From NCBI GenBank assembly GCA_034428955.1, contig DAOUGZ010000137.1:3277-67276 (forward strand): a DNA stretch of 64,000 nucleotides, in the 5' to 3' direction. The stretch comes from Anaerolineae bacterium (GTDB taxonomy: Bacteria; Chloroflexota; Anaerolineae; SpSt-313). Below the pieces are notes generated by a model. It worked only from the letters and a program-made list of their open reading frames with translations, searched no databases and had not been told where the DNA came from. Position numbers and translations under genes: made by a program. This document shows positions 29,499 to 40,015 of this stretch, piece after piece. Positions within the stretch are counted from its first letter, which is position 1. Each line of letters begins with the position of its first letter.

Positions 29499-30791
29499 CT
29501 ACGCCGGGTTACCTGGCTCCTCTAGCGTCTCGTCGATGTGCTCTGTGCGACTGACGCGAGCGCCGAGGGCGACCAGTTTGTTGTGAATGCCTTCATAGCC
29601 ACGTTCGATGTAGTGTACGTCCGATATGATGGTCCTACCCTCGGCCGCCAGGCCGGCCAGCGTGACCGCTGCCCCGCCACGGATGTCCAGCGCACGCACT
29701 TGGGCTCCGCGTAGCGGTGTCGGCCCGTGGATAAGGGCGGTCTGCCCTCTGACCTGGATATCCGCCCCCATTTTGAGCAGTTCGTCCACATAGCGTAGCC
29801 GGTCGTCGTACATCGTTTCGTGGACAGAACTCTCCCCTTCGGCCTGGGTCATGAGCACGGCGAACGGTGCCTGCAAGTCAGTCGGAAAGCCGGGATAGGG
29901 GAAGGTCTGGATGTCCAGGCCTTTTGGGCGCTTGGTGTTACGAACCGTATAGTGCTCGGAGTCAATTCTAACATCGACTCCCGCTTCCTGCAACTTGCTG
30001 GTTAGCGCCCCCAGGTAGGGGGCTACAGAGGCATCCATGACGACACATCCGCCCGTGACCGCGCCGGCCAGGGCAAAGGTGCCCGCCTCCAGGCGGTCCG
30101 GCATGATGCGGAAGGCGCCGCCATGCAGCCTTTCGACGCCCTCGACCTGGATGATACCGGTGCCCGCACCATAAATGCGTGCCCCCAACGAGTTGAGAAA
30201 GTGGGCGAGGTCGACCACCTCGGGCTCCACCGAGGCGTTTTCGATGATTGTGGTGCCACGGGCGAGGCAGGCGGCCATCAGCAGGTTCTCGGTCCCGGTG
30301 TGGCTGGGATAGTCGAGAGACAGCCGTTCGCCCCACAGATGCGATGCCCGGGCACGATAGGACCCGTTCTGGCGCTCTACCTGTGCACCCATCGACTGAA
30401 AGCCCTTCAGGTCGACGCTGACCGGCCGCGTGCCGATGGCACAGCCGCCCGGGTGCGGGGCTTCTGCCTGCCCAAAGCGCGCCAACAGCGGGCCCATGAC
30501 CAAAAAGCTGGAGCGCATGCGCGTGGCGAGTTCCTGCGGCACCTGCGGCGCCGTCAGATGGCGCGCTCGGATGAGCAGGGTGTTCGCTTCCAGCCATTGG
30601 GTCTCGGCCCCCAACGCCTCCAGGACCTCGACCATGGTCAGGATATCCTGGATGCGAGGCACCTTTTCCAGATAGCACTCGTCGGACGTCAGGAGCGCCG
30701 CCGCCATGATCGGCAGCGCGGCGTTCTTTGCCCCACCGATAGAGATCTCACCGTGGAGCGGCGTTTTGCCCTCGATAATGATATAGGCCAT
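29499..30791 (-). CDS. murA: UDP-N-acetylglucosamine 1-carboxyvinyltransferase
   Basis: A 430-aa EPSP-synthase fold with an active-site Cys region ([12 protein letters not shown]). Confidence 0.9.
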   Translation of the reverse strand: MAYIIIEGKTPLHGEISIGGAKNAALPIMAAALLTSDECYLEKVPRIQDILTMVEVLEALGAETQWLEANTLLIRARHLTAPQVPQELATRMRSSFLVMGPLLARFGQAEAPHPGGCAIGTRPVSVDLKGFQSMGAQVERQNGSYRARASHLWGERLSLDYPSHTGTENLLMAACLARGTTIIENASVEPEVVDLAHFLNSLGARIYGAGTGIIQVEGVERLHGGAFRIMPDRLEAGTFALAGAVTGGCVVMDASVAPYLGALTSKLQEAGVDVRIDSEHYTVRNTKRPKGLDIQTFPYPGFPTDLQAPFAVLMTQAEGESSVHETMYDDRLRYVDELLKMGADIQVRGQTALIHGPTPLRGAQVRALDIRGGAAVTLAGLAAEGRTIISDVHYIERGYEGIHNKLVALGARVSRTEHIDETLEEPGNPA

Positions 30792-31008
30792 GGCTACCTA
30801 GGACACTCCTCTCGCTCGGTTTCGAGGCAAGGACAGGAGTGATCTTTTCCACCTGTGCCTGCTTGCGGCAGCCTTGTCGCTTGGCTACAGGCTGCTCTGC
30901 GCCTGGTTTCCATCTGCTGAGCTCCAGATACGCGCCAGTATACACCATATTCCCGGTCCAGGCAGGTCCGGACCTGCTGATTGTGGCCCAACCGGGCTGT
31001 GGCGCCAC

Positions 31009-31467
31009 TCAGCGGTCGGAACTCCGGCCGGTCAACCCTCGCCGGCGCGCCACACGCAAACGGGTCAGCGAACGCCTCAGAGCGGCCACGGCCCGAACGC
31101 CGGTGACGTCCGCTCCGCGACGATGGATCAGGCGCTCCGCCCGGTTACGCGCTTCTCGCGCGCGCTGTATGTCGATTTCCTCGGCCCGCTCGGCCGTGTC
31201 GGCCAGGACGATAACCCGGTCCGGCAGGACCTCCATAAAGCCGCCGCTGATGGCCAGAGCTTCTTCCTGGTCACCTTTCCGAGCCAGCAACTCGCCGGTA
31301 TCCAGCGCCGTGATGAGGGGCGCATGCTTGGGCAGGATGCCCACTTGCCCGCGAATGCCCGGCGCCAGAACCAGGTCCACGTCGTCGGCATAAACCCGGC
31401 GCTCGATGGTCAAGACCTCGAGCCTGATCTTGGATGCGCCGGCCACTTTTACCCCCTCAGCCCTCAA
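31009..31467 (-). CDS. atpC: F1 ATP synthase epsilon subunit
   Basis: KIRLEVLTIERRVYADDVDLVLAPGIRGQVGILPKHAPL matches the epsilon beta-sandwich. It is the last gene of the atp operon. Confidence 0.8.
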   Translation of the reverse strand: MRAEGVKVAGASKIRLEVLTIERRVYADDVDLVLAPGIRGQVGILPKHAPLITALDTGELLARKGDQEEALAISGGFMEVLPDRVIVLADTAERAEEIDIQRAREARNRAERLIHRRGADVTGVRAVAALRRSLTRLRVARRRGLTGRSSDR

Positions 31468-31539
31468 AAACAGTGTGCATTGTGCGAACCGTTGCGCCTA
31501 GAGCAAGATGCGTGCCGCACGCAGATTGTGCATTACGCC

Positions 31540-32943
<1,404 letters not shown>

Positions 32944-32970
32944 TCAACTCTCCCAATCCGGCAACTTGCC

Positions 32971-33936
32971 TCAGGGTACCGAGCGGCTCCCTGGGGCATG
33001 GCTGCGCCTAGGCATCGCGGTGGCACCGGCGACGATATCGATCAGGTCCATCGTGATGGATTCCTGGCGTGCCTTGTTATAACTCAAAGATAGGTCATCA
33101 AGCAAATGCTCGGCATTCTCCGTAGCGCCACGCATGGCGACCATCCGCGCCGAGTGTTCACTGGCCAGGGATTCCAGGAGGGCTTCATAGATCTGGCGCT
33201 CTGTGAAGCGCCCGAGCATGGGCCGGAGTAGCGCATGCGGGCTTGGCTCGAGCAGGTACTCGGGCACCGCAGTGTCCACACCCGCCGGGATGGCCAGATC
33301 CATGGGAAGCAGGACCTGCACCTTGGGCTCTTGTACCAGCGTGTTCATGTACTTGGTATAGGCCACCCAGACCTGATCCAGCGTGCCGTTCACAAAGTCT
33401 TCAATGAGCAGGCGGGCGATGGGGCCCACGTCCTTGGGCGAGGGCTGCTCCGGCAGCCCGTTAAAGTCGGCAATAATCTTGAGGCCATGCCTGAGGGCAT
33501 AGTCGCGGCCCTTGGCCCCGACGATGGCCAGGCTTACCGGCACGGGCTGTGTGGCGATAAAGGCTCTGGCCGCTTGCAGCACGTTGTGATTGTAGGCGCC
33601 GCACAGCCCCCGTTGCGATGTGATCAGCAAAAGCCCAATGGCCCTGACCGGGCGCGTACGCAGGAGCGGCTGCTTCTGTATCTCCTGCGGTGTCATGTGC
33701 GCCAGGACGTGCGAGAGCATCCGCAAGGACATCTCGGTATATGGGCGCCCGTTCAGGGCGGCCGTCTGCGCCCAGCGCACTCGGGATGCGGCCACGGTCT
33801 GCATGGCCCGAGTCACCTGGGCGATGTGCCTGACGCTGGCTATGCGTTTGCGGATCTCGCGTATCCTGGGCAAAGCGATGCCGTCCCCTATCAACCGTTG
33901 CGTTGATCGCCAAAGCGGTAGGCGCTCGTGGCGCAC
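32971..33936 (-). CDS. atpG: F1 ATP synthase gamma subunit
   Basis: IREIRKRIASVRHIAQVTRAMQTVAASRV is the gamma N-terminal helix. The true start is probably downstream of 33936. Confidence 0.8.
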   Translation of the reverse strand: MRHERLPLWRSTQRLIGDGIALPRIREIRKRIASVRHIAQVTRAMQTVAASRVRWAQTAALNGRPYTEMSLRMLSHVLAHMTPQEIQKQPLLRTRPVRAIGLLLITSQRGLCGAYNHNVLQAARAFIATQPVPVSLAIVGAKGRDYALRHGLKIIADFNGLPEQPSPKDVGPIARLLIEDFVNGTLDQVWVAYTKYMNTLVQEPKVQVLLPMDLAIPAGVDTAVPEYLLEPSPHALLRPMLGRFTERQIYEALLESLASEHSARMVAMRGATENAEHLLDDLSLSYNKARQESITMDLIDIVAGATAMPRRSHAPGSRSVP

Positions 33937-33995
33937 AACCGGCTTGGGCTATCTATGCTACTAACCGGTAGAAGGCTTTCAGAGCTTGTGTGGCG

Positions 33996-35567
33996 CTACG
34001 AATACCCGGCCGTGGCCCGAAAGCCGCGGATGGCGGCCTGCAAGGCGGCTTCCGTCTCCGGCGCCATGGCCTGGCCCAGAGCAATGGTCCGTAGCAGGTC
34101 GGGCTTTTCCCTGGCCATGTAGGCGTGCAGATCGGCCTCAAAGGCCTCGACAGAGTCCAGTGGCGCGTCGTCCAGGAAGCCATGGATGACGGCATAGATG
34201 ATGGTCACCTGCTGCTCCAGGGGCATCGGCGCATACTGGCGCTGCTTGAGCACCTCGGTGACGTGTTGGCCCCGCTCGATCTGCGCGCGGGTCACCTCGT
34301 CGAGGTCCGAGCCGAACTGGGCAAAGGCGGCCAGTTCCCGGTATTGAGCCAGGTTCAGGCGCAGACGGCCGGCGACCGATTTCATGACCTTGGTCTGCGC
34401 GGCGCCGCCCACCCGAGATACGGAGAGCCCGACGTTGATAGCCGGGCGAACGCCGGCGTGGAACAGGTCGCTCTCTAGGTAGATCTGCCCATCAGTGATC
34501 GAGATGATGTTGGTAGGGATGTAGGCAGTGAGGTCGCCCATCTGCGTCTCGACGATCGGCAGGGCGGTCAACGAGCCGCCGCCATGGGCCGGGTCCAGCT
34601 TGGCCGCTCGCTCAAGCAAGCGCGAGTGCACATAAAATATGTCGCCGGGATAGGCCTCGCGGCCGGGCGGCCGTCGCAGGAGGAGCGAAAGCTGCCGGTA
34701 GGCCCAGGCATGTTTGGAGAGGTCATCAAAGATGATGAGGGCGTCACGGCCGGTCTCCATGAACTCTTCACCTAGGGCACAGCCCGCGTAGGGGGCCAGG
34801 TACTGCAGGGTGGCCGGGGCGGAGGCCGAAGCCGACATCACAATGGTGTGCTCCATGGCCCCATGGCGCCGCAGCGTGTCCACAACCTGGGCAACGCTGG
34901 ATACCTTTTGTCCGATGGCGACATAAATACAGACCATGTCGCCCTTGCGCTGATTGATGATGGTATCAATGGCGACGGCCGTCTTGCCGGTCTGCCGGTC
35001 GCCGATGATCAACTCGCGCTGCCCGCGGCCGATGGGGATCATGGAGTCGATAGCCTTGATGCCCGTCTGCAGCGGCTTGCTTACCGACTCGCGTTGCATC
35101 ACGCCCGGGGCGATGCGTTCGACCGGCCGCATACGCTTGCTGCGGATCGGCCCCTGGCGATCGAGCGGGCGGCCAAGAGCGTCGACTACGCGGCCGATCA
35201 GTTCATCGCCGACCGGGACCGACGCAATACGGCGCGTGCGGTGGACGAGGCTCCCTTCGCGCACGTCCGTATAGTCGCCCATGATCGCAGCGCTCACCTG
35301 GTCGGCCTCGAGGTTCATGACCATGCCCAGAACCCCGCTCTCGAACTGCACGAGTTCGCCGGCCATCACGCCGGGAAGGCCATCCAGGCGGGCGATGCCA
35401 TCGCCCACTTCGAGCACTGTGCCGACTTCGATGGACTGGACGGTGGGCTCAAAGCCGTCGATCTGTTTTCTCAGGACCGCGGCCAGTTCCTCCGCGCCAG
35501 GTAACAGCAAAACGTCCTCCCGCAAATGCTTGGGCTGCCGTGGCGAGCGCAGTGCGCTCCCAGCCAT
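33996..35567 (-). CDS. atpA: F1 ATP synthase alpha subunit
   Basis: P-loop GDRQTGKTA and the alpha-type C-terminal domain. Confidence 0.9.
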   Translation of the reverse strand: MAGSALRSPRQPKHLREDVLLLPGAEELAAVLRKQIDGFEPTVQSIEVGTVLEVGDGIARLDGLPGVMAGELVQFESGVLGMVMNLEADQVSAAIMGDYTDVREGSLVHRTRRIASVPVGDELIGRVVDALGRPLDRQGPIRSKRMRPVERIAPGVMQRESVSKPLQTGIKAIDSMIPIGRGQRELIIGDRQTGKTAVAIDTIINQRKGDMVCIYVAIGQKVSSVAQVVDTLRRHGAMEHTIVMSASASAPATLQYLAPYAGCALGEEFMETGRDALIIFDDLSKHAWAYRQLSLLLRRPPGREAYPGDIFYVHSRLLERAAKLDPAHGGGSLTALPIVETQMGDLTAYIPTNIISITDGQIYLESDLFHAGVRPAINVGLSVSRVGGAAQTKVMKSVAGRLRLNLAQYRELAAFAQFGSDLDEVTRAQIERGQHVTEVLKQRQYAPMPLEQQVTIIYAVIHGFLDDAPLDSVEAFEADLHAYMAREKPDLLRTIALGQAMAPETEAALQAAIRGFRATAGYS

Positions 35568-35603
35568 GGCAGCGTGAAAGGTGTTCTCTCCCCCAAAGGC
35601 CGG

Positions 35604-35957
35604 CTATTCCTCGCCGGCGGCCAGCCGCCGGCGCAGTGCGTCCAGGCGGCTCTGCAGCGTGCCATCGATGATGCGCTCGCCGACCCGTAGCCAGACCCCG
35701 CCGATGAGGGAAGGATCGACCTCAAAACCGACGCGGCGCACGGCAAAGCGTCGCGCGAGCACGTCCTCAAACCTGGACTTTTCCTTCGGAGTCAGGGGAT
35801 AGGCCGTGCGCACCAGGGCCTCGGGCCGGCCGGCCAGGGTGCTGACCTCGGCAAACAGCACCTGCAATGCCCTGGCCTCTTTGGGGTCGATCGTGCCCTG
35901 CCCGCTCAGGTTATCGCTCAGATCGTGTAGTCTATCTGTCCAACTCTCAGCGATCAC
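35604..35957 (-). CDS. atpH: ATP synthase delta (OSCP) subunit, C-terminal domain only (117 aa)
   Basis: The C-terminal half aligns with delta (VDPSLIGGVWLRVGERIIDGTLQSRL). The GTG start overlaps the atpF stop (GTGA). An upstream in-frame stop means the N-terminal roughly 60 aa are absent. Confidence 0.55.
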   Translation of the reverse strand: MIAESWTDRLHDLSDNLSGQGTIDPKEARALQVLFAEVSTLAGRPEALVRTAYPLTPKEKSRFEDVLARRFAVRRVGFEVDPSLIGGVWLRVGERIIDGTLQSRLDALRRRLAAGEE

Positions 35958-36448
35958 CGGCCTCGCTCCAGATCAAACAAAAAGTCGTTCACCAGCCGGC
36001 GCTGGGCTACGCTATCCATCGATTGGCCGAGCACCTTGCTGGCCGCCTCGATGGCCAGGTCGGCGATTTGCGCGTGCAGGGCGGTCAGCGCTTCGTGCCG
36101 CTCCTGCTCGATCTGCCGGCTGGCCAGCACGCGCATCTGCTCCACCTCAGCCCGGCCGCGGGCGATGATAGCCTCGCTCTCCTTCCGCGCTGCCTCTTTC
36201 GCCTCGGCCAGGATGGCTTGCGCTTCGCGTTGCGCGCTCTCCAGGCGCTTCTGGTATTCTGCCTCAGCCTGCTCGGCGCGCTTGGCGGCGGCCTCGGCGT
36301 CGGCCAGGCCCTTGGCGATGCGCTCGCGGCGCGCGTGTAGCATCTGCCTGACCGGTTTGTAGAGAACCAAGCGGAGAATTGCTAACAGGAGAAAAAAGCT
36401 GACCAACTGTGCGATCAGCAAGCCTATATCTATGCCCAGTTCACCCAT
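35954..36448 (-). CDS. atpF: Fo ATP synthase subunit b
   Basis: A single N-terminal TM helix followed by a long charged Ala/Glu/Arg-rich coiled coil. RBS aaggag before the ATG at 36448. Confidence 0.8.
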   Translation of the reverse strand: MGELGIDIGLLIAQLVSFFLLLAILRLVLYKPVRQMLHARRERIAKGLADAEAAAKRAEQAEAEYQKRLESAQREAQAILAEAKEAARKESEAIIARGRAEVEQMRVLASRQIEQERHEALTALHAQIADLAIEAASKVLGQSMDSVAQRRLVNDFLFDLERGR

Positions 36449-36518
36449 GCTCGCTCCTTTCCTCGCGCGTGGGGGGCGCCGGCTGGTGCCCCTCGCAAGC
36501 GAGGCCATGCACCCATCG

Positions 36519-36746
36519 CTAGACGAACTTGATGGCCAGGGCGACCACAAGGGCATAGATGGCAATAGCTTCGGCAAAGGCAATGGCTACAATCAGGTTG
36601 GTTCCAATCGCGCTTGCCGATTCGGGGTTGCGCCCCAGAGCGTTCATGGCTGCCGTTGCCAACCGTCCGATGGCTATGGCAGGGGCGATGCCGCCGATGC
36701 CGATGGCCAGAGCTGCCGCCAGATTCTTGACTACCTCGGGATCCAT
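36519..36746 (-). CDS. atpE: Fo ATP synthase subunit c
   Basis: A 75-aa hairpin with GRNPE loop-like residues and a conserved carboxylate-helix region (IAFAEAIAIYALVVAL). Confidence 0.85.
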   Translation of the reverse strand: MDPEVVKNLAAALAIGIGGIAPAIAIGRLATAAMNALGRNPESASAIGTNLIVAIAFAEAIAIYALVVALAIKFV

Positions 36747-36761
36747 AAAAACGTTCCTCCA

Positions 36762-37799
36762 CTAGGAATGAGATTGGCGTGCGAGCGCCGCTGTGCCTGC
36801 CGGAAGGCGAACCTCGCCCTCCGCTTCCTCTTGTACCGTCTCGCCCTCGGCCTCCCCGGCTGTGGCCTGAGCCACAAAGGCTGCTGAGAGGACGGCGAAG
36901 ACAAAGGCCTGGATCACCCCAACAAAGACCTCAAGGCCGAGGAAGGGTAGCGTGGCGGCAAAGGGGACGAGGAAGATCATGACTCCCAGCAGAACCTCAC
37001 CGGCAAAGATGTTGCCAAAGAGCCGAAACGAGAAGGACAGCACTTTGGCGAACTCGTCAAAGAGTTCGAGCGCGCCGACGAACAGGTCGATCAGGCCCAA
37101 GAAGAGGTTGCCGACCCCGACTCGCGGGCCGCGCCCAAAAAGGCCTCTGAAGAAGGCCACGAAACGATGGATTTTGACAAAGCGCAGCAGATAGCGCGGA
37201 AACCCGACCACCCTCAAGCCATAGACCTGCGACATGAGCACCGAGGCGATGCCCAGGGCGAGGGTCAGGTTCAGATCGGTTGCTGCGGAGCGCAAAAGAG
37301 GGACCTGCTCAAGCTGCCCGTCTTCCCCGACATGCCGGACGACGATGCTCAGGAAGCCGGGCAGCAGCCCCAGCCAGTTGGAGGCGACGATAAAGAGGAA
37401 TAGAGTCGCTATGGTCGGGAAGGCCAGCGAGGCCCACTCTCCGGCGGCAATCTCTGTGTTGGCATAGATCGGCTCCAGCACGGCCTCGATTACGTTCTGC
37501 AGCCCGCGCGGAACCAGGCGCATGTGGCGCGTGGCGAGGATGGAGAGCACAATGAGCACGATCATGGTGAGCCAGGAGGCCAGCAGAGTATTGCTGATAG
37601 ACAGCGGGCCGATGCGTGCAATCTCTTCGGAGGCCAGGGAGATGTGTGGAGCCTGAATATCGAAGGGATGGAAAAAGTTGAAAGCGAGGGCAGCAACGAC
37701 GAGTACGACGAGCCAGAATGCGGGTTTCCTGAACACCGAGAAGCCTCCCCGAGGCGCCCATCCGGTAAGACTCTGGCAGGTTGTGGAGCCTGCCGGCAT
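36762..37799 (-). CDS. atpB: Fo ATP synthase subunit a, with an acidic C-terminal tail
   Basis: The conserved Arg-helix region LRLFGNIFAGEVLL. The exact start is uncertain. Confidence 0.8.
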   Translation of the reverse strand: MPAGSTTCQSLTGWAPRGGFSVFRKPAFWLVVLVVAALAFNFFHPFDIQAPHISLASEEIARIGPLSISNTLLASWLTMIVLIVLSILATRHMRLVPRGLQNVIEAVLEPIYANTEIAAGEWASLAFPTIATLFLFIVASNWLGLLPGFLSIVVRHVGEDGQLEQVPLLRSAATDLNLTLALGIASVLMSQVYGLRVVGFPRYLLRFVKIHRFVAFFRGLFGRGPRVGVGNLFLGLIDLFVGALELFDEFAKVLSFSFRLFGNIFAGEVLLGVMIFLVPFAATLPFLGLEVFVGVIQAFVFAVLSAAFVAQATAGEAEGETVQEEAEGEVRLPAGTAALARQSHS

Positions 37800-37835
37800 C
37801 CGCGAGAGGCTACAGTGCCACTGTCCGGATAGGCA

Positions 37836-38372
37836 CTACCTTCCGACAAACGGGCGACGGTTAGCGCGCCCGGCGAGAACGGCAGCCAACAAAAGGGCGC
37901 TCAAGGCACCGAGCGCCGGCAAGAGAATCGCAAACAGGGGCTTGCAGCCCAAGAGACCGTCGAGCCACATCCCCAGGACTAGCCCAACCAGAGGGGGGCC
38001 GGTTGTCGCCAAGATTACCCAAAGCACCAGCCGCAGCGCGCGCCCCAGGTCGTGCAGCGAGAACGCGGTGCGCAGCCGTTGGTGTCTGGCCGCCGCCCGG
38101 TTGAGCTGCCTGGCTGTGGACTGGGCAAGGTCGATCATGCCCAGCAGCCCGGCCAGCGCCCCGAGGACGAGGCAGCCGATCGTTGCCAGCGGCCGCGTGC
38201 CGAGGGTCTGGTCCACCCAGATCCCAAACAGCAAACCGGCCACAGCCAAGCCGGCTGTGACCAGCCCCATTGTTGTGCCCAGTTCAGACGCCAACATCAG
38301 AGGCCGCAGCAGAAACCGCTTGCCGGCGTGCCTGTGGCCGTGACGCTGGTCGTTGCCTTGGCCCACGGTCAA
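37836..38372 (-). CDS. AtpZ/AtpI-like small membrane protein, internally duplicated
   Basis: Two tandem 2-TM modules (GLVTAGLAVAGLLFGIWVD and GLVLGMWLDGLLG) in the position of the first atp operon gene. Confidence 0.5.
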   Translation of the reverse strand: MTVGQGNDQRHGHRHAGKRFLLRPLMLASELGTTMGLVTAGLAVAGLLFGIWVDQTLGTRPLATIGCLVLGALAGLLGMIDLAQSTARQLNRAAARHQRLRTAFSLHDLGRALRLVLWVILATTGPPLVGLVLGMWLDGLLGCKPLFAILLPALGALSALLLAAVLAGRANRRPFVGR

Positions 38373-38404
38373 CTCCTCTGCCCACGGCGGCTAACAACAC
38401 TGTC

Positions 38405-38433
38405 AGTATACGACCGTAGAAGAGCAGTGTCAA
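38405..38433 (-). promoter_or_regulatory. candidate atp operon promoter TTGACA-N17-TATACT (minus strand)
   Basis: The reverse complement reads gtTTGACActgctcttctacggtcgTATACTgaca, about 35 nt upstream of the atpZ start. Confidence 0.4.
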
Positions 38434-38508
38434 ACGGCAGGGTTACACTTTGGAGACAATGCCGTGCCCGGCAGTGGGGCTTGGCGCGGGGCGGAGCGGA
38501 GATTCTTG

Positions 38509-38546
38509 AAGGGCTTTCGGGGGGCCATAGACCCCCGAAAGCCCTT
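38509..38546. terminator. strong hairpin terminator downstream of the GH5-like gene
   Basis: aagggctttcggggg-gccataga-cccccgaaagccctt gives a 15-bp perfect stem. Confidence 0.6.
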
Positions 38547-38554
38547 CCTTATCC

Positions 38555-39787
38555 CTACTTGGGCATGGCCTGCAGTGCGGTGTAGGCCGGGCGCGGCACG
38601 AACTCGGGCCAGCCGGGGTCGGTGATGGCCCACCAGTACTGTTCGTTCTCCTCGGTCCAGCCCGGATCAACGATGTAGATGAGCGACATCAGGCCGATCC
38701 AGGGGGACCAGTTCTCCTTCGCATACTGATAGGCGCGGACGAGATAGTCGGCTTTTTCCTCTTCGGTGACCCGGTGCCAGGAGTAAGCGGGGTTGACCGG
38801 GTCGCTCGTCCAGCCGAACTCGAGGATCCAGATCTGCTTATCCTCGTCGCCGTAGCGGACCATGATGTCGCGCAGGTCCTCGACGCGGCGGAAGCAGAAA
38901 AAGCGCTGGCCACCCAGGTCGGGGTCGGCGGCCACTTCGGCCGGGTCCGTCTCGGGTGGGGCCTTGTAGCCGGGAGCGTGGGCGCCGAGGGCGTCAAAGT
39001 AGCCCTCGCTGGAGCCGCCCATGGCCTGATACATGCCGTCCAGGTAGATGTCGTCGGGCATGGCGCTGGCGTCGTTCGTGCCCGTCGGCGTGAGGCCGGC
39101 GCTGACGACGATGGCGTTGGGGTCCGCCTCCTTGATGCGCCGGTAGGCGACTTGGAGCAGGCGGACGTATTCGGCCGGGTCCGGGCGCTGGCCGCCCCAC
39201 TCGCGGGCCAGGTTGGGCTCGTTCCAAATCTCATAGGCGCGGAACTGGCCCTTGTAGCGGCTGGCCAGGGCGTAGCAAAAGTCACCGAAATCCTCATAAT
39301 CGTCCGGTGGACCATTGGTGGGGTAACCGCCGCCGGCCCACTCGGGCTGATGGTCCAGCCGGGCGATCAGGTTGAGCTCCTGTTCCCGCATCCACTTGGC
39401 GATCTCGTCGGTTTGGGCCCAGTTGAACTGGCCCTTGCTCGGCTCCACGTCGCGCCAACCGATGCCTTGCTTGATCCAGCCAAAGCCGGCCTGCTTGACA
39501 AGCTGCACATCGCGCGAGGCGACCTCCGGCCGGTACCAGAGAAAGGCCTGCATCCCATATTCGGGCGAGCCTACGCGCACGCCGGTCGGTGCTGCCGGCT
39601 GGTTGCCTGGCTCCCCATCTGGGGCGGCTGTCTCGGTGGGATTGGCGTTGGCTTCGGGCGGGTTAGCCTCAGTGGCCTGTGGCTCAGCGATGGGGGGGGT
39701 GTCGGTGGGTGTGGGGGCGGGACCTCCACAGCCAGTGACCACGATGCTCAGGATGAGTACGAGCATTGCGATTTGGCGTCTGTTCAC
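38555..39787 (-). CDS. secreted lipoprotein glycoside hydrolase, GH5-like (cellulase superfamily)
   Basis: Lipobox signal (LSIVVTGC), a PT/PE linker, EIWNEPN (NEP catalytic acid motif) and ILEFGW (nucleophile region). Confidence 0.65.
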   Translation of the reverse strand: MNRRQIAMLVLILSIVVTGCGGPAPTPTDTPPIAEPQATEANPPEANANPTETAAPDGEPGNQPAAPTGVRVGSPEYGMQAFLWYRPEVASRDVQLVKQAGFGWIKQGIGWRDVEPSKGQFNWAQTDEIAKWMREQELNLIARLDHQPEWAGGGYPTNGPPDDYEDFGDFCYALASRYKGQFRAYEIWNEPNLAREWGGQRPDPAEYVRLLQVAYRRIKEADPNAIVVSAGLTPTGTNDASAMPDDIYLDGMYQAMGGSSEGYFDALGAHAPGYKAPPETDPAEVAADPDLGGQRFFCFRRVEDLRDIMVRYGDEDKQIWILEFGWTSDPVNPAYSWHRVTEEEKADYLVRAYQYAKENWSPWIGLMSLIYIVDPGWTEENEQYWWAITDPGWPEFVPRPAYTALQAMPK

Positions 39788-40015
39788 CAGTCTGCTCCTC
39801 TATCCGATGGCTGGCTCCCACAGCCCTGGCGGGCTCGAGCCCGCAGGGCTGACTAGTGCGCAGGTGAGCGATGTATGGTATGCCCAGCCGGCGAAGAACG
39901 AGCGTGGCCCCAACGGCCACGCTCCCATACCTTGCCCGGCCAGGGCTCCGGGGTTCGCTTCGCAAAAGGCCTTTTGTTGCGTTGCGGAGCCTTGGCCGGG
40001 CTGTACTACCACTAC

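Noticed and set aside
35954-36583. Longer 209-aa version of atpF
   Set aside because: The true start is the ATG at 36448 (MGELGIDIG), which has an aaggag RBS. The upstream extension is Ser/Pro-rich and unsupported.
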